Under the pieces are notes generated by a model, which saw nothing but the letters and a program-made list of their open reading frames with translations, had not been told where the DNA came from and made no database searches. Both the position numbers and the translations under genes were made by a program. From Candidatus Eiseniibacteriota bacterium (GTDB lineage Bacteria; Eisenbacteria; RBG-16-71-46): 64,000 nucleotides of DNA. Shown here one piece after another: positions 28,451-38,449 of the stretch. The stretch is from the NCBI GenBank assembly GCA_044223005.1, contig JBGAML010000001.1:128001-192000 (forward strand), written 5' to 3'. Each line of letters begins with the position of its first letter. Position 1 is the stretch's first letter.

Positions 28451-28635
28451 GGCGGTCTCCGGAACGGCGGAATCGACGAACGGCGGTCGGCGACCGCCGG
28501 GGCGCGCATCGTAGCGCAGCCGCGCGCGTGGCCTGGCGCGGATTCCGATGCCGTTCCGCGCGGGGACGGAACCACGAGCGGGACCGGGGCGCGTGCCCCG
28601 GTCCCGCCCGGTCCGCCGTCGGCGCTTTCGCGCGC

Positions 28636-30576
28636 TCACCTCAGCCAGGCCACGCGCAGTACGGTCGTGCGGCCGCCCGAGTCGAAGCGCGCGAGGTACA
28701 TCCCGGGCCGGATCGTGCCCGCATCGCCGTGGCCGTCCCAGCGCACGCTCTCGCCCGCGCGCAGCGTGCGCGTCCAGACGCGGCGCCCGAGCAGGTCCAC
28801 CACGTCGAGTCGCCCGCCCGCGGCCTGCGGCGCGTGGAACTCGACCGCGCCGCGCGCGGGATTCGGCGAGGCCGCGAACGCGGCCGCGCCGGTGACGCCC
28901 GGCGGCTCCACGCCCCCGGGCGACGCGCAGCCGACGCCGCGCGCGCCGATCGCGCCGTAGACACCCGTGGAGGCGCACGGCGAGCCCGATGCCACGCCGA
29001 AGTCGCCCGCGGGCAGGTCGCAGGGCAGCGGATCGGCGGCGAGGTTGCTGTCGGCCGGGGACGCGACGCCTGCGTACGCCGCGCCGAGGTCGTGCCACGC
29101 GTCGTTGAACGCGAACGAGCCGCGGAACGGTCCGTCGACGCGCAGACCGCCGCCGACGTTGGCGACGGTGAGGTTCCGCTGCACGACCTGGGCGATGCCG
29201 GTGAGCGAGAGCGGCGGCACGACGCGGACGCCGGGTCCGCCGTTGCCCACGCAGGTGCTGGACGCGAGCGAGTCCGTTCGATCCGTCGCGGCGGTGGTCG
29301 CGAACGCGATGCCGTCGCCGCCGTTCGCCCACGCGACGTTGCCGATCGCCGCGACGCCGCCGCTCGCGAACCGGAAGCCCGCACCGCCGTTGTGATCGCT
29401 GAGGCAGTTCCAGATGCGGCTCGGCAGGAAGCTGGTCGCCTTGCCCGGCTCGTCCACGACGCGGATGCCGTCGCCGGCCACGTGCGAGACGTGCACGCGC
29501 GTCATCTGGACGCCGGACATGCCGTTCGCGCAGTGCACGTCGAGACCGTGACCGCCGGCCCCGTCCACGACGACGTCGCGGATCGGATACGTGACGTAGA
29601 ACGCGGGCAGGTTCTCGGAGACCTCGATCGCGATGCCGGTGCTGGCGAGCACCGTGTCGGCGGCCAGGGAGACCTGCGAGTTCCCCGTACCCGGCCAGCG
29701 GATCGCCTGGCCGCAGTTCACGAAGCGCGAGTTCGACACGGCCAGCGAATACACGGTGTGGAAGCTGTATGCGCCGCTCGCGCCCAGTTCGACCGCCGCA
29801 CCGGCGATGTCGTGGGCGACGCAGCGGTCGATGACCCCGCCCTCGCCGGAACCGCCCGCGAACACCACGCCGCGCTCGGCGCTCGAGAACGCACAACGCG
29901 TGAAGAGGATCCGATCGGCGTCGTCCCCGTGCGCGACGACCAGCGTGTCGGCCGGCCCATCGAACGTGCAGTCGACGAGCCTCACGTCGCCGGTCCCGCT
30001 CGAGGAGGTCTGGAGCCGCGCGGAGTGGAACCGCAGGTGGTCGAGCGTCCCGTAGTTCCCGTAGTGGAGCAGCATCGTCGGACCGTGGAAATCGCAGTCG
30101 TGGAAGTTGGCCGCGGACATTCCCCCGGCGTCGGACTGCACCGCGCCGGCGAGGACGCAGGCCCGGAAGTCGATCGCCGTCGCGCGCCCACCCGACACCC
30201 CCGGCGCGAGGTCGTGCGTGAACGTGAACCCGGCCAGGAACCACGCGGGGGTGGTCGGGGCGGCGCTCGAGGTGATGCCGTCGAGGAACGTCACCGCGGC
30301 GCCACCGGTCCCGACGATCGCCGCAGGGGGAATCGCCGCGGAGAAGGCGGGCGTCTCGGCGTACGTGCCCGGGAGCACGAGCACCGAATCGCGCGCCGAG
30401 ACGGCGAGCTGCGCGACCGCCGCCGAGATCGTCGTGAAGTCGCCGCCGCCGGCGGCATCGACCACGTAGTGGGTCGCGCGCGCGGGGCGTACGCCCGCGA
30501 GGACGAGGAGCGAAGCCGCCAGCAGGCCGGCGGCTGCGGGAATCCCGCGGGCCCGGCGGTGGATCTCGCGGTGCAT
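28636..30576 (-). CDS. secreted right-handed beta-helix protein with C-terminal FlgD-Ig/T9SS-like domain
   Basis: Signal peptide; VVDAAGGGDFTTISAAV..PGTYAE; N..DGI repeats; C-terminal SPNP...D..GRRV...WDG...PGMY. Confidence 0.82.
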   Translation of the reverse strand: MHREIHRRARGIPAAAGLLAASLLVLAGVRPARATHYVVDAAGGGDFTTISAAVAQLAVSARDSVLVLPGTYAETPAFSAAIPPAAIVGTGGAAVTFLDGITSSAAPTTPAWFLAGFTFTHDLAPGVSGGRATAIDFRACVLAGAVQSDAGGMSAANFHDCDFHGPTMLLHYGNYGTLDHLRFHSARLQTSSSGTGDVRLVDCTFDGPADTLVVAHGDDADRILFTRCAFSSAERGVVFAGGSGEGGVIDRCVAHDIAGAAVELGASGAYSFHTVYSLAVSNSRFVNCGQAIRWPGTGNSQVSLAADTVLASTGIAIEVSENLPAFYVTYPIRDVVVDGAGGHGLDVHCANGMSGVQMTRVHVSHVAGDGIRVVDEPGKATSFLPSRIWNCLSDHNGGAGFRFASGGVAAIGNVAWANGGDGIAFATTAATDRTDSLASSTCVGNGGPGVRVVPPLSLTGIAQVVQRNLTVANVGGGLRVDGPFRGSFAFNDAWHDLGAAYAGVASPADSNLAADPLPCDLPAGDFGVASGSPCASTGVYGAIGARGVGCASPGGVEPPGVTGAAAFAASPNPARGAVEFHAPQAAGGRLDVVDLLGRRVWTRTLRAGESVRWDGHGDAGTIRPGMYLARFDSGGRTTVLRVAWLR

Positions 30577-30980
30577 GGGAACGGCCTCCGTGGCACGGGT
30601 CGGTCGACGGCGTCCGGAACGCGGCTCGCATCCGACGAGGTCGGGGCGCGAACCGTACCGACGGGGGACACGGGGCGCCTTGCACCGCGCGTGCCGCCCA
30701 GGTGAGAATCCCGCATCTTCGCGCCGGCGCGCGAACTGCCCCTTCCGCGCCGGGGGAACGCACACGACCTCGCCGGAAGAAGCGTCAACCGGGCCGACAC
30801 CCGCCGGCCCCGGACGAATCGTCCAGAACGCGCGAATTCGTGCGACGGACCGGGCCGTGCGCGCACCGTTCCCGGCCGCGTGCGACTCCTACCCTCCGAC
30901 GGCCGGGTCGCCTAGCGGCCCGGAAGCACGGCGGCTAGAATCCGCTGCGCTCGTTTTCCAACGCCATTCACGGAGGCATC

Positions 30981-31946
30981 GTGTCGACGCCGCACGAGGT
31001 GATCATCCTGGGCTCCGGCCCCGCCGGTTACACCGCCGCGATCTACGCCGCGCGCGCCAACCTGAAGCCGCTCATGTTCTCCGGCCTGCAGCCGGGCGGC
31101 CAGCTCACGATCACGAGCGAGGTCGAGAACTACCCCGCGTTCCCGGACGGCATCCTCGGCCCCGAGTTGATGGAGAAGTTCCGCGCGCAGGCCGAGCGCT
31201 TCGGCACGCAGATCGTGGACGCCGAGGTCGAGAGGGTCGACTTCTCGCAGCGCCCGTTCCGCGTCTGGTCGGATGGCAAGGAGTACGTCGCGAACAGCGT
31301 GATCGTGGCCACCGGCGCGAGCGCGATGCTGCTGGGCCTGCCGAGCGAGCAGCGATTCATGGGCTTCGGGGTCAGCGCGTGCGCGACCTGCGACGGGTTC
31401 TTCTTCAAGGGCAGGCGCGTCATCGTGGTCGGCGGCGGCGACACGGCGCTGGAAGAGGCGACCTACCTCACGCGCTTCTGCGCCGAGGTCGTGATCGTGC
31501 ACCGGCGTGACCAGTTCCGGGGCTCGAAGATCATGCAGGAGCGCGCGCTCGCGAACGAGAAGATCCGCGTGATCTGGAACGCCGAGATCGCCGAGGTGAT
31601 CGGCGAGGCCGAGAAGAAGGTGACGGGCGTGAAGCTGCGCGACACGAAGACGGGCGCGATCACCGAGATGCCGATCGACGGCGTGTTCGTCGCGATCGGG
31701 CACAAGCCGAACACGGCGTTCCTGCAGGGCCAGCTCGCGATGGATTCGCGCGGCTACGTGCAGGTGAAGCCGGGCACGTCGTACACGAGCGTCGAGGGCG
31801 TCTTCGCCGCCGGCGACGTGCACGACGCGGTCTACCGCCAGGCGATCACCGCGGCCGGCAGCGGCTGCATGGCCGCGATCGACGCGGAGCGCTGGCTCGA
31901 GGCGCAGGCGCACGCGGCGCACGCCGCGGGCGCGGCGCGGCACTGA
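30981..31946 (+). CDS. trxB: thioredoxin-disulfide reductase
   Basis: GSGPAGYTAAIYAARA, CATCDG, GGGDTA.EEA, GVFAAGDV. Confidence 0.97.
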   Translation: MSTPHEVIILGSGPAGYTAAIYAARANLKPLMFSGLQPGGQLTITSEVENYPAFPDGILGPELMEKFRAQAERFGTQIVDAEVERVDFSQRPFRVWSDGKEYVANSVIVATGASAMLLGLPSEQRFMGFGVSACATCDGFFFKGRRVIVVGGGDTALEEATYLTRFCAEVVIVHRRDQFRGSKIMQERALANEKIRVIWNAEIAEVIGEAEKKVTGVKLRDTKTGAITEMPIDGVFVAIGHKPNTAFLQGQLAMDSRGYVQVKPGTSYTSVEGVFAAGDVHDAVYRQAITAAGSGCMAAIDAERWLEAQAHAAHAAGAARH

Positions 31947-31968
31947 TTCCAACCCCCGGGAGGCCGTC

Positions 31969-33657
31969 GTGGAGCGCGAAGTCCTCGAGTTCGACGTGCA
32001 GTTCGTCGGCGCCGGCCCCGCGGGGCTGGCGGGCGCGATCCACCTCGCGCAGCGGATCGCGAAGCACGACCAGTCGGTCGCGGCCGGCGCACCCGGGACG
32101 CCCCTGGGCGAGGTCAACATCGCCGTGCTCGAGAAGGCGGCCGAAGTGGGCGCGCACGGCTTCTCCGGCGGCGTCATGGATCCACGCGCGATGAAGGAGC
32201 TGCTCCCGGATTTCGTCGAGCGCGGCTGCCCGCTCGCGGCGCCGGTCGCGGGCGACGACGTGTACATCCTCACCGAGGGCGGCCAGTTCCGCCTGCCCTT
32301 CCTGCCGCCGGTGCTGCACAACGACGGCAACTGGATCGTGAGCCTCGGCGACGTCACGCGCTGGATGGCGGGTATCGCCGAGGAGATGGGCATCCTGATC
32401 GCGACCGAGACGCCCGCGCAGGTGCCGCTCGTCGAATCCGGCCGCGTGCTCGGCGTGCGCACCGGCGACAAGGGCGTGGCGAAGGACGGCAGCCGAAAGG
32501 GCACGTACCAGCCCGGCGCCGACTGCGTCGCGAAGGCGACCGTGCTGTGCGAGGGCCCGCGCGGCACCGTGACCCGGCAGCTCGAGCAGCAGCTGGGGCT
32601 CACCGTGGGCAAGAACCCCATGGTGTACGCGACCGGCGTGAAGGAGCTCTGGGAGGTTCCGGCGGGCCAGGCGCAGAAGGGCCGCGTCATCCACACCATG
32701 AACTGGCCGCTGCCCGCGGACACGTTCGGCGGCGGCTTCATCTACGGCATGAGCGACTCGCTCTGGGCCGTGGGCTTCTGCACGGGGCTCGACACCGCGG
32801 ACCCGACGAGCGATCCGCACGGCAACCTCCAGCGTTTCAAGACGCACCCGCTCGTGCGCGCGCTGCTCGCGGGCGGCAAGCCGATCGCGTACGGCGCGAA
32901 GGCGATTCCCGAGGGCGGCTGGTACGCGATGCCGAAGCTGTCGGCCGACGGCCTGCTGCTCGCGGGCGACGCGGGCGGGTTCCTGAACGGCGGGCGGCTC
33001 AAGGGCATCCACCTCGCGATCAAGTCGGGCATGCTCGCGGCGGAAACGCTGTTCGAGTGCCTGCTCGCGGGCGACTTCTCGAAGGAACGCCTCGCGAGCT
33101 ACGAGACGCGCGTCGCGTCGTCGTGGGCCGGCGAGGAGCTGCGCTCGATGCGCAACTTCCACCAGGCGTTCGACGGCGGGCTGTGGCAGGCGCTCCCGCG
33201 CACGGGCTTCCAGATGGTCTTCGGCGGCCGCGATCCGTTCGGCGATCGCCTGCCGGGCCACGCGGGCCACGAGAAGATGCGCAAGCTCGCGCAGGTGCAC
33301 CCGAACGGCAAGCCCGCGCCGCTCAAGGCCGACGGCACGCTGACGTTCGACAAGCTCGCCGACGTCTACCTCTCCGGCACGATGCACGACGAGGACCAGC
33401 CGTCGCACCTCGTGGTCGCCGACACGTCCGTGTGCGCGACCCGGTGCCGGACGGAGTTCGGCAATCCCTGCCAGCACTTCTGCCCCGCCAACGTCTACGA
33501 GATGGTCCCGGTCGAGGGGAAGCCCGGCGAGCTGCAGCTGCGGATCAACGCGTCGAACTGCGTTCACTGCAAGACCTGCGACATCGCCGACCCGTACCAG
33601 ATCATCACCTGGACGACCCCCGAAGGCGGTGGAGGACCGAATTACAAGCAGCTCTGA
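31969..33657 (+). CDS. electron transfer flavoprotein-ubiquinone oxidoreductase
   Basis: VGAGPAGL FAD motif, GVKELW, GIHLAIKSG, C-terminal CPANVYE...NCVHCKTCDI..P 4Fe-4S. Confidence 0.95.
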   Translation: MEREVLEFDVQFVGAGPAGLAGAIHLAQRIAKHDQSVAAGAPGTPLGEVNIAVLEKAAEVGAHGFSGGVMDPRAMKELLPDFVERGCPLAAPVAGDDVYILTEGGQFRLPFLPPVLHNDGNWIVSLGDVTRWMAGIAEEMGILIATETPAQVPLVESGRVLGVRTGDKGVAKDGSRKGTYQPGADCVAKATVLCEGPRGTVTRQLEQQLGLTVGKNPMVYATGVKELWEVPAGQAQKGRVIHTMNWPLPADTFGGGFIYGMSDSLWAVGFCTGLDTADPTSDPHGNLQRFKTHPLVRALLAGGKPIAYGAKAIPEGGWYAMPKLSADGLLLAGDAGGFLNGGRLKGIHLAIKSGMLAAETLFECLLAGDFSKERLASYETRVASSWAGEELRSMRNFHQAFDGGLWQALPRTGFQMVFGGRDPFGDRLPGHAGHEKMRKLAQVHPNGKPAPLKADGTLTFDKLADVYLSGTMHDEDQPSHLVVADTSVCATRCRTEFGNPCQHFCPANVYEMVPVEGKPGELQLRINASNCVHCKTCDIADPYQIITWTTPEGGGGPNYKQL

Positions 33658-33711
33658 CGGCGTGCGGTGTACGCTGTGCGGAGTTCCCTGCATCGTCCGG
33701 AGAGACCTCCC

Positions 33712-34803
33712 GTGAAACGCCTGCCCCTGCTGGCCCTCCTGCTCGCGCTCGTGCTCGCCGGCGCGACCTCGTGCGCCGTGACCGACGCCGGCGACCAGGC
33801 GGGCCCTTCCGCCTACGCACCGCCGCCGCAGGATCCGGCCCGCATCGGGCTGCCGCCGCCCTATCGCGTCTTCTACGACGAGCTGAGGGACGAGGGCGAC
33901 TGGACGCTGATCGAGCCTTACGGCTGGTGCTTCCGTCCGCGCGTGAACTTCGTCGCGTGGCGTCCCTACCTCGACGGCTGGTGGGAGCCGTCCGACTTCT
34001 ACGGCTGGATCTGGAACTCCAACGAGCCGTTCGGCTGGGTGACGTACCACTACGGCGCCTGGTTCTACGACGACTACCAGGGCTGGGTGTGGCAGCCCGG
34101 TCCGGTGTGGGGCCCCGCATGGGTCGCGTGGATCTCGCTGGGCGATTTCGTGGGCTGGGCGCCGCTCGCACCGTCGCAGTACGACGGCTTCTCCAACGTA
34201 CCCGGCGGCATCTTCACCTACGCGCCCACGTCGCAGTTCTCGTCGCGCGAGGTCGGGCAGGACGCGCTCTTCATGACCCAGGTGCCGACACGCGACGCCG
34301 CGCCCCGCGAGATCGCCAACATCGGGCGCGTGAACGGCGTGAGCTTCAACAAGGGGCCCAACTTCACCGATCTCCAGGTCCGCGGGGTGGCGCTGCCGCC
34401 GCGCACGGATCCGGGCGACTTCCGCAAGGTGAAGTTCACGACCGCGCCCACGCATCCCGGCGAGTCCGACTTGAGCTGGCGCACGAACCGCGTGACGAGC
34501 GAAGGCCTGCGCGAGTGGTCGGCCTGGCGCGAGCGCGGCGCGACGCCGCCGGCCTCGCCGATGACGCCGGGTGAGATCGTGCGGCAGAAGGGCACGATGC
34601 CGCCGCGGCCCGAGCCGGGGCGCGTGCATGCGCCCGCGCCGCGGGACACCACGCGGCACGCGGCGCGCCCGAAGCCGCCGGAACGCGAGCCGTCGCCGCG
34701 CGACTCGCTCGCGGAGCGCGGGCGCGAGATGCGGCCCGCCGCGCCGGCGCGCGGTGACCGCGCGCCGCGGCCGGCCGAGCGCGACTCGTCGTCGCGCCGC
34801 TGA
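33712..34803 (+). CDS. DUF6600-like putative lipoprotein
   Basis: Lipobox-like ATSC; FYDEL...G.W...YGW...WRPY.DG.W...EPFGW.TYHYG.W...W.PG..WGPAWV; Pro/Arg-rich tail. Confidence 0.8.
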   Translation: MKRLPLLALLLALVLAGATSCAVTDAGDQAGPSAYAPPPQDPARIGLPPPYRVFYDELRDEGDWTLIEPYGWCFRPRVNFVAWRPYLDGWWEPSDFYGWIWNSNEPFGWVTYHYGAWFYDDYQGWVWQPGPVWGPAWVAWISLGDFVGWAPLAPSQYDGFSNVPGGIFTYAPTSQFSSREVGQDALFMTQVPTRDAAPREIANIGRVNGVSFNKGPNFTDLQVRGVALPPRTDPGDFRKVKFTTAPTHPGESDLSWRTNRVTSEGLREWSAWRERGATPPASPMTPGEIVRQKGTMPPRPEPGRVHAPAPRDTTRHAARPKPPEREPSPRDSLAERGREMRPAAPARGDRAPRPAERDSSSRR

Positions 34804-34813
34804 CGTCCGGCGC

Positions 34814-35956
34814 ATGACGCCGACCGCGCGACTCAAGGCACGGGCGCTCGAGCTGGGCTTCGACGCGGTCGGCGTGGCGGCGGTCGGGCCACTCGAGGCC
34901 CGCGAGCGCTACGATGCGTGGCTCGCGGCCGGGCGGCACGGCGACATGCACTGGCTCGCGAGCGACGATCACCGCGCGCGGCGGAGCGATCCCTCCCGCC
35001 TCGTCGCGGGGATCCGTGCCGTGGCGTGCGTCGCACTCTGCCATCCGCCGGCGGCCGATCCGGCTCGCGACGCGCGGCTGGGCCGCATCGCCCGCTACGC
35101 GGCCGGTGAGGACTACCACCGGATCATGCAGGAGAAGCTGGGTGCGCTCGAGCGCTGGATCCGCACCGAGCTCTTCCCCGGCTCGGGCTCGCTCTGGTAC
35201 TCCGACACGGGAGCGATCCTCGAGCGCGGCTGGGCCGAACGCGCGGGGCTCGGCTGGATCGGCAAGCACTCCGGCCTGCTCTCCGAGTCGCTCGGATCGT
35301 GGTTCGTCCTCGGCGAAGTGCTCGTCGACCGCGAACTCGACCCCGACGCTCCCGTGGCGCGCGAGCGCTGCGGCACGTGCGTGCGCTGCATCGACGCCTG
35401 CCCGACGTGCGCGATCGTCGCGCCCTACCAGGTCGACGCGCGGCTCTGCATCTCGTACCTCACCATCGAGCACCGCGGACCCATCCCGCGCGAACTGCGC
35501 CCGCTCGTGGGCGAGTGGATCTTCGGCTGCGATCTCTGCCAGGAGGTCTGCCCCTGGAACCGCTTCGCGCCGCCCGCGCGCGAGGCGCGCCTGCACGCCG
35601 CGGCGCTCGAGGGCTGGACGCTGGCGGGATTCCTCGACATGGACGAGCGTGCGTTCCGCACCGTGTTCGCGGCGAGCCCGATCCGCCGCGCGGACCGCGA
35701 GGGTTTCCTGCGCAACGTCTGCGTGGCGCTGGGCAACCGGCGCGACGCCGCGGCGCTGCCCGCGCTGGCGCGCGCGCTGGCCCGCGATCCGGCCGCGCTC
35801 GTGCGGGCGCACGCGGCCTGGGCGCTCGGGCGGATCGGCGCGGCGCATGCGGGCGCGCGCACGGCCGCGCGCACCGTGCTCGCCGGCGCCGCGCACGACC
35901 GCGAGCCGCTCGTGCGCGACGAGGTCGCGCTCGCGCTGGCCGAGGTGGTCGCGTGA
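34814..35956 (+). CDS. queG: epoxyqueuosine reductase
   Basis: IARYAAGEDYH, DTG.ILER..A..AGLGWIGK, CG.C..CIDACPT, RLCISYLTIE, FGCDLCQEVCPWN. Confidence 0.95.
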   Translation: MTPTARLKARALELGFDAVGVAAVGPLEARERYDAWLAAGRHGDMHWLASDDHRARRSDPSRLVAGIRAVACVALCHPPAADPARDARLGRIARYAAGEDYHRIMQEKLGALERWIRTELFPGSGSLWYSDTGAILERGWAERAGLGWIGKHSGLLSESLGSWFVLGEVLVDRELDPDAPVARERCGTCVRCIDACPTCAIVAPYQVDARLCISYLTIEHRGPIPRELRPLVGEWIFGCDLCQEVCPWNRFAPPAREARLHAAALEGWTLAGFLDMDERAFRTVFAASPIRRADREGFLRNVCVALGNRRDAAALPALARALARDPAALVRAHAAWALGRIGAAHAGARTAARTVLAGAAHDREPLVRDEVALALAEVVA

Positions 35957-37053
35957 ACGCGCGTCACCTCGCCGGTGCGGTGCTGCTGCTGGGGCTCGCG
36001 CACGCGCCGGTCGCGGAGGCGGCACGGCACGCGCGCCGGGCGCCCGATGTGGGCGCCGATCTCTCGTCGTGGCCCGCGGTCGAGTCGGCGGGCGGCGCGC
36101 TGCGCGACCGCGAGGGCGCGGGCGACGCGATCGCCGTGCTGCGGCACGCCGGCTTCACCAGCGTGCGCCTGCGGACGTGGCATGCGCCCGCCGGCGGCAC
36201 GTGCGGGCTCCCGGCGACGCTGGCGATGGCGAAGCGCGCACGCGCCGCGGGACTCTCGCTGCTGCTCGACCTCCATTTCAGCGACACCTGGGCCGACCCC
36301 GGCCACCAGGAGACGCCCGCCGCGTGGCACGGGCTCGACGACCGCGCGCTCGGCGATTCGGTCGAGGCGTACGCGCGCGACGTCGTGGCGGCGCTCGTCG
36401 CCCAGGACACGCCGCCCGAGGCCGTCCAGCTCGGCAACGAGATCGACGGCGGCCTGCTCTGGGACGCGGGCCGGGTCGGCGGGCGGTTCGAGACGCCCGC
36501 GCAGTGGACGCGCCTGGGCGCGCTGCTCGCCCGCGCCGCCGCGGGCGTGCGCGCGGCCTCGCCCGGCGCGCACCTCGTGCTGCATCTCGCCAACGGCGGC
36601 AGCGCGGCGGCGAGCGTGCGCTGGCTCGACCACGCGGTCGCCGCGGGCGTGCCGTTCGACGCGATCGGTCTCTCGTACTATCCGTGGTGGCACGGACCGC
36701 TCGACTCGCTCGAGGCGACCCTGGCCGCGCTCGCCCGGCGCTACCGGCGCGACGTGATGATCGTCGAGACCGCGTACCCGTGGACGCTGCGCGCGCTCGA
36801 CGCCACGCACAATCCCGTCGGCCGCCGCGAGCAGCTCCTGCCGGGGTTCCCCGCGACGCCCGAGGGGCAGGCGGCGTTCGCGCGCGCCCTGCGCGAGGCG
36901 GTCGACCGCGTGCCCGACGCGCGCGGTGCGGGTGTGTGGTGGTGGGAGCCGGCGTGGCTCGCCGGCCGCGGCGCCGGCTCGCCGTGGGAGAACTGCGCGC
37001 TCGCGGATTCGGCAGGACGGCTCCTGCCCGCCGCGCGCGAACTGGCGCGCTGA
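35953..37053 (+). CDS. GH53 endo-beta-1,4-galactanase-like protein
   Basis: GADLS, VRLR.W, DLHFSDTWADPG.Q, VQLGNEI, IGLSYYPWWHG, VETAYP, WWEPAW. Confidence 0.9.
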   Translation: MNARHLAGAVLLLGLAHAPVAEAARHARRAPDVGADLSSWPAVESAGGALRDREGAGDAIAVLRHAGFTSVRLRTWHAPAGGTCGLPATLAMAKRARAAGLSLLLDLHFSDTWADPGHQETPAAWHGLDDRALGDSVEAYARDVVAALVAQDTPPEAVQLGNEIDGGLLWDAGRVGGRFETPAQWTRLGALLARAAAGVRAASPGAHLVLHLANGGSAAASVRWLDHAVAAGVPFDAIGLSYYPWWHGPLDSLEATLAALARRYRRDVMIVETAYPWTLRALDATHNPVGRREQLLPGFPATPEGQAAFARALREAVDRVPDARGAGVWWWEPAWLAGRGAGSPWENCALADSAGRLLPAARELAR

Positions 37054-37056
37054 CCG

Positions 37057-37482
37057 CTACTCGCCGGCGAGCGGCGTACCGCCCGCCCACTCGGCGCCGC
37101 CGCCCGCGAAGTGCTCCTTCTTCCAGATCGGCACGGCGCGCTTGAGTTCGTCCATGGCCCATCGCGCCGCGTCGAACGCCGGCCCGCGATGCGCCGCGGC
37201 CACGACCACCACCACGCTCGCCTCCGCGGGCGGCACCTCCCCCAGCCGGTGGGCGATCGCGCAGCTCGCGATCGCGAACCTTTCGCAGGCGGTCCGCTCG
37301 ATCGCCTCGAGCGCGGCGAGCGCCATGCGGTCGTAGGCTTCGTACTCGAGCCGTACGACGGCGCGGCCCTGGTGGTGGTTCCGCGTCGTGCCGAGGAACG
37401 TGACGATCGCGCCGCAGTCGGGCCGCGCCGCGGCGCGCGTCATCGCGGCGTCGTCGAGCCGGGCGTGCGTGAGCGAGGCCAT
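37057..37482 (-). CDS. moaE: molybdopterin synthase catalytic subunit
   Basis: GAIVTFLGTTRNH...LEYEAY..MA...HRLG...AHR..AF...KRAVPIWKKE. Confidence 0.93.
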   Translation of the reverse strand: MASLTHARLDDAAMTRAAARPDCGAIVTFLGTTRNHHQGRAVVRLEYEAYDRMALAALEAIERTACERFAIASCAIAHRLGEVPPAEASVVVVVAAAHRGPAFDAARWAMDELKRAVPIWKKEHFAGGGAEWAGGTPLAGE

Positions 37483-37487
37483 GCCGC

Positions 37488-38168
37488 CTACCGCGCCTTC
37501 GCGCGTGCGCGCGAGGGCCGCAGCGTCCGCCGCATGATCGGCCGCGCCGGCGTGCGGCGCAGCACCTCGCGGAAGCCCGCCGCCTCGAACGCGCCCGGAA
37601 CGCCCGTCCACACGAACGCCGACGCCTGCCGCCGGCCGCGCGTGTCCACGGGATAGCCCTCGATGCGGCGGGCCCCGTGCGAGGCGGCCCACGTGCACGC
37701 TGCGCGCAGCAGCGCAACCGTCAGGCCGCGGCCGCGGTAGGCGCGCGCCACGAAGAAGCACGGCGCCGACCACGTGGGCTGCTCGTCCACGGGGGCGAGC
37801 GCACGCGAGGTGGCGTAGCGCGCGAAGTCCTCGCGCGGGCCGACCGCGATCCAGCCCGCGGGCGTGTCGCCGTCGTACGCGATCAGCCCCGGCGTCCCAC
37901 CCGAGCGCACGAGCCGCTGGATCCAGGCGCGCCGGGCGATGGGTGACGTGGACTTGTATTGCGCGTGCGGGAAGCGGCACCACGTGCACCAGCAGCCGCC
38001 GCACGCGCCCCGCGCGCCGAACAGGATGGTGAAGTCACGCCAGCGCTCGGGGGTCACGGGCACGATCCGCCACGCGACCGGCGCCGGCCTGCGCGCCGGG
38101 GCTTTCCGCGCGGGCGTCTTCCGCGCCGCGGTGCGCGCCGCCGCGGGCTTCGTCGTGCGCGCGCTCAT
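37488..38168 (-). CDS. GNAT family N-acetyltransferase
   Basis: GACGGCWC, CFFV..AYRGRGL...L, IEGYPVD, F..AGF. Confidence 0.88.
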   Translation of the reverse strand: MSARTTKPAAARTAARKTPARKAPARRPAPVAWRIVPVTPERWRDFTILFGARGACGGCWCTWCRFPHAQYKSTSPIARRAWIQRLVRSGGTPGLIAYDGDTPAGWIAVGPREDFARYATSRALAPVDEQPTWSAPCFFVARAYRGRGLTVALLRAACTWAASHGARRIEGYPVDTRGRRQASAFVWTGVPGAFEAAGFREVLRRTPARPIMRRTLRPSRARAKAR

Positions 38169-38410
38169 CCGCCGCTCACCGGCGGCAGGAGCGCGAGCTC
38201 CGCGCCGTCCACGAGCGCGTCGTCGGCCCGCGCGAGCGTGCCGTTCACCGCGACGGCGAGGTGGCCGCGCAGCGGCGCGAGTTGCGGCCAGCGCGCGGCC
38301 ACGGCGGCGAGCGCGTCCGCCACACGGCTGCCCGCGGGCAGTTCGAGCGTGGCGTCGGCGCAGCCCGCGCGCTCGCGCGCGGTCGCGAAGAACAGCACCT
38401 GCAGCGTCAT
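38165..38410 (-). CDS. moaD: molybdopterin synthase sulfur carrier subunit
   Basis: VLFFATARE..G...AVAVN...ELALLPPVSGG C-terminal di-Gly. Confidence 0.92.
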   Translation of the reverse strand: MTLQVLFFATARERAGCADATLELPAGSRVADALAAVAARWPQLAPLRGHLAVAVNGTLARADDALVDGAELALLPPVSGG

Positions 38411-38449
38411 GCGTTGGACCCTCCGGGACCTTGACTCTATGCTGTCCGG

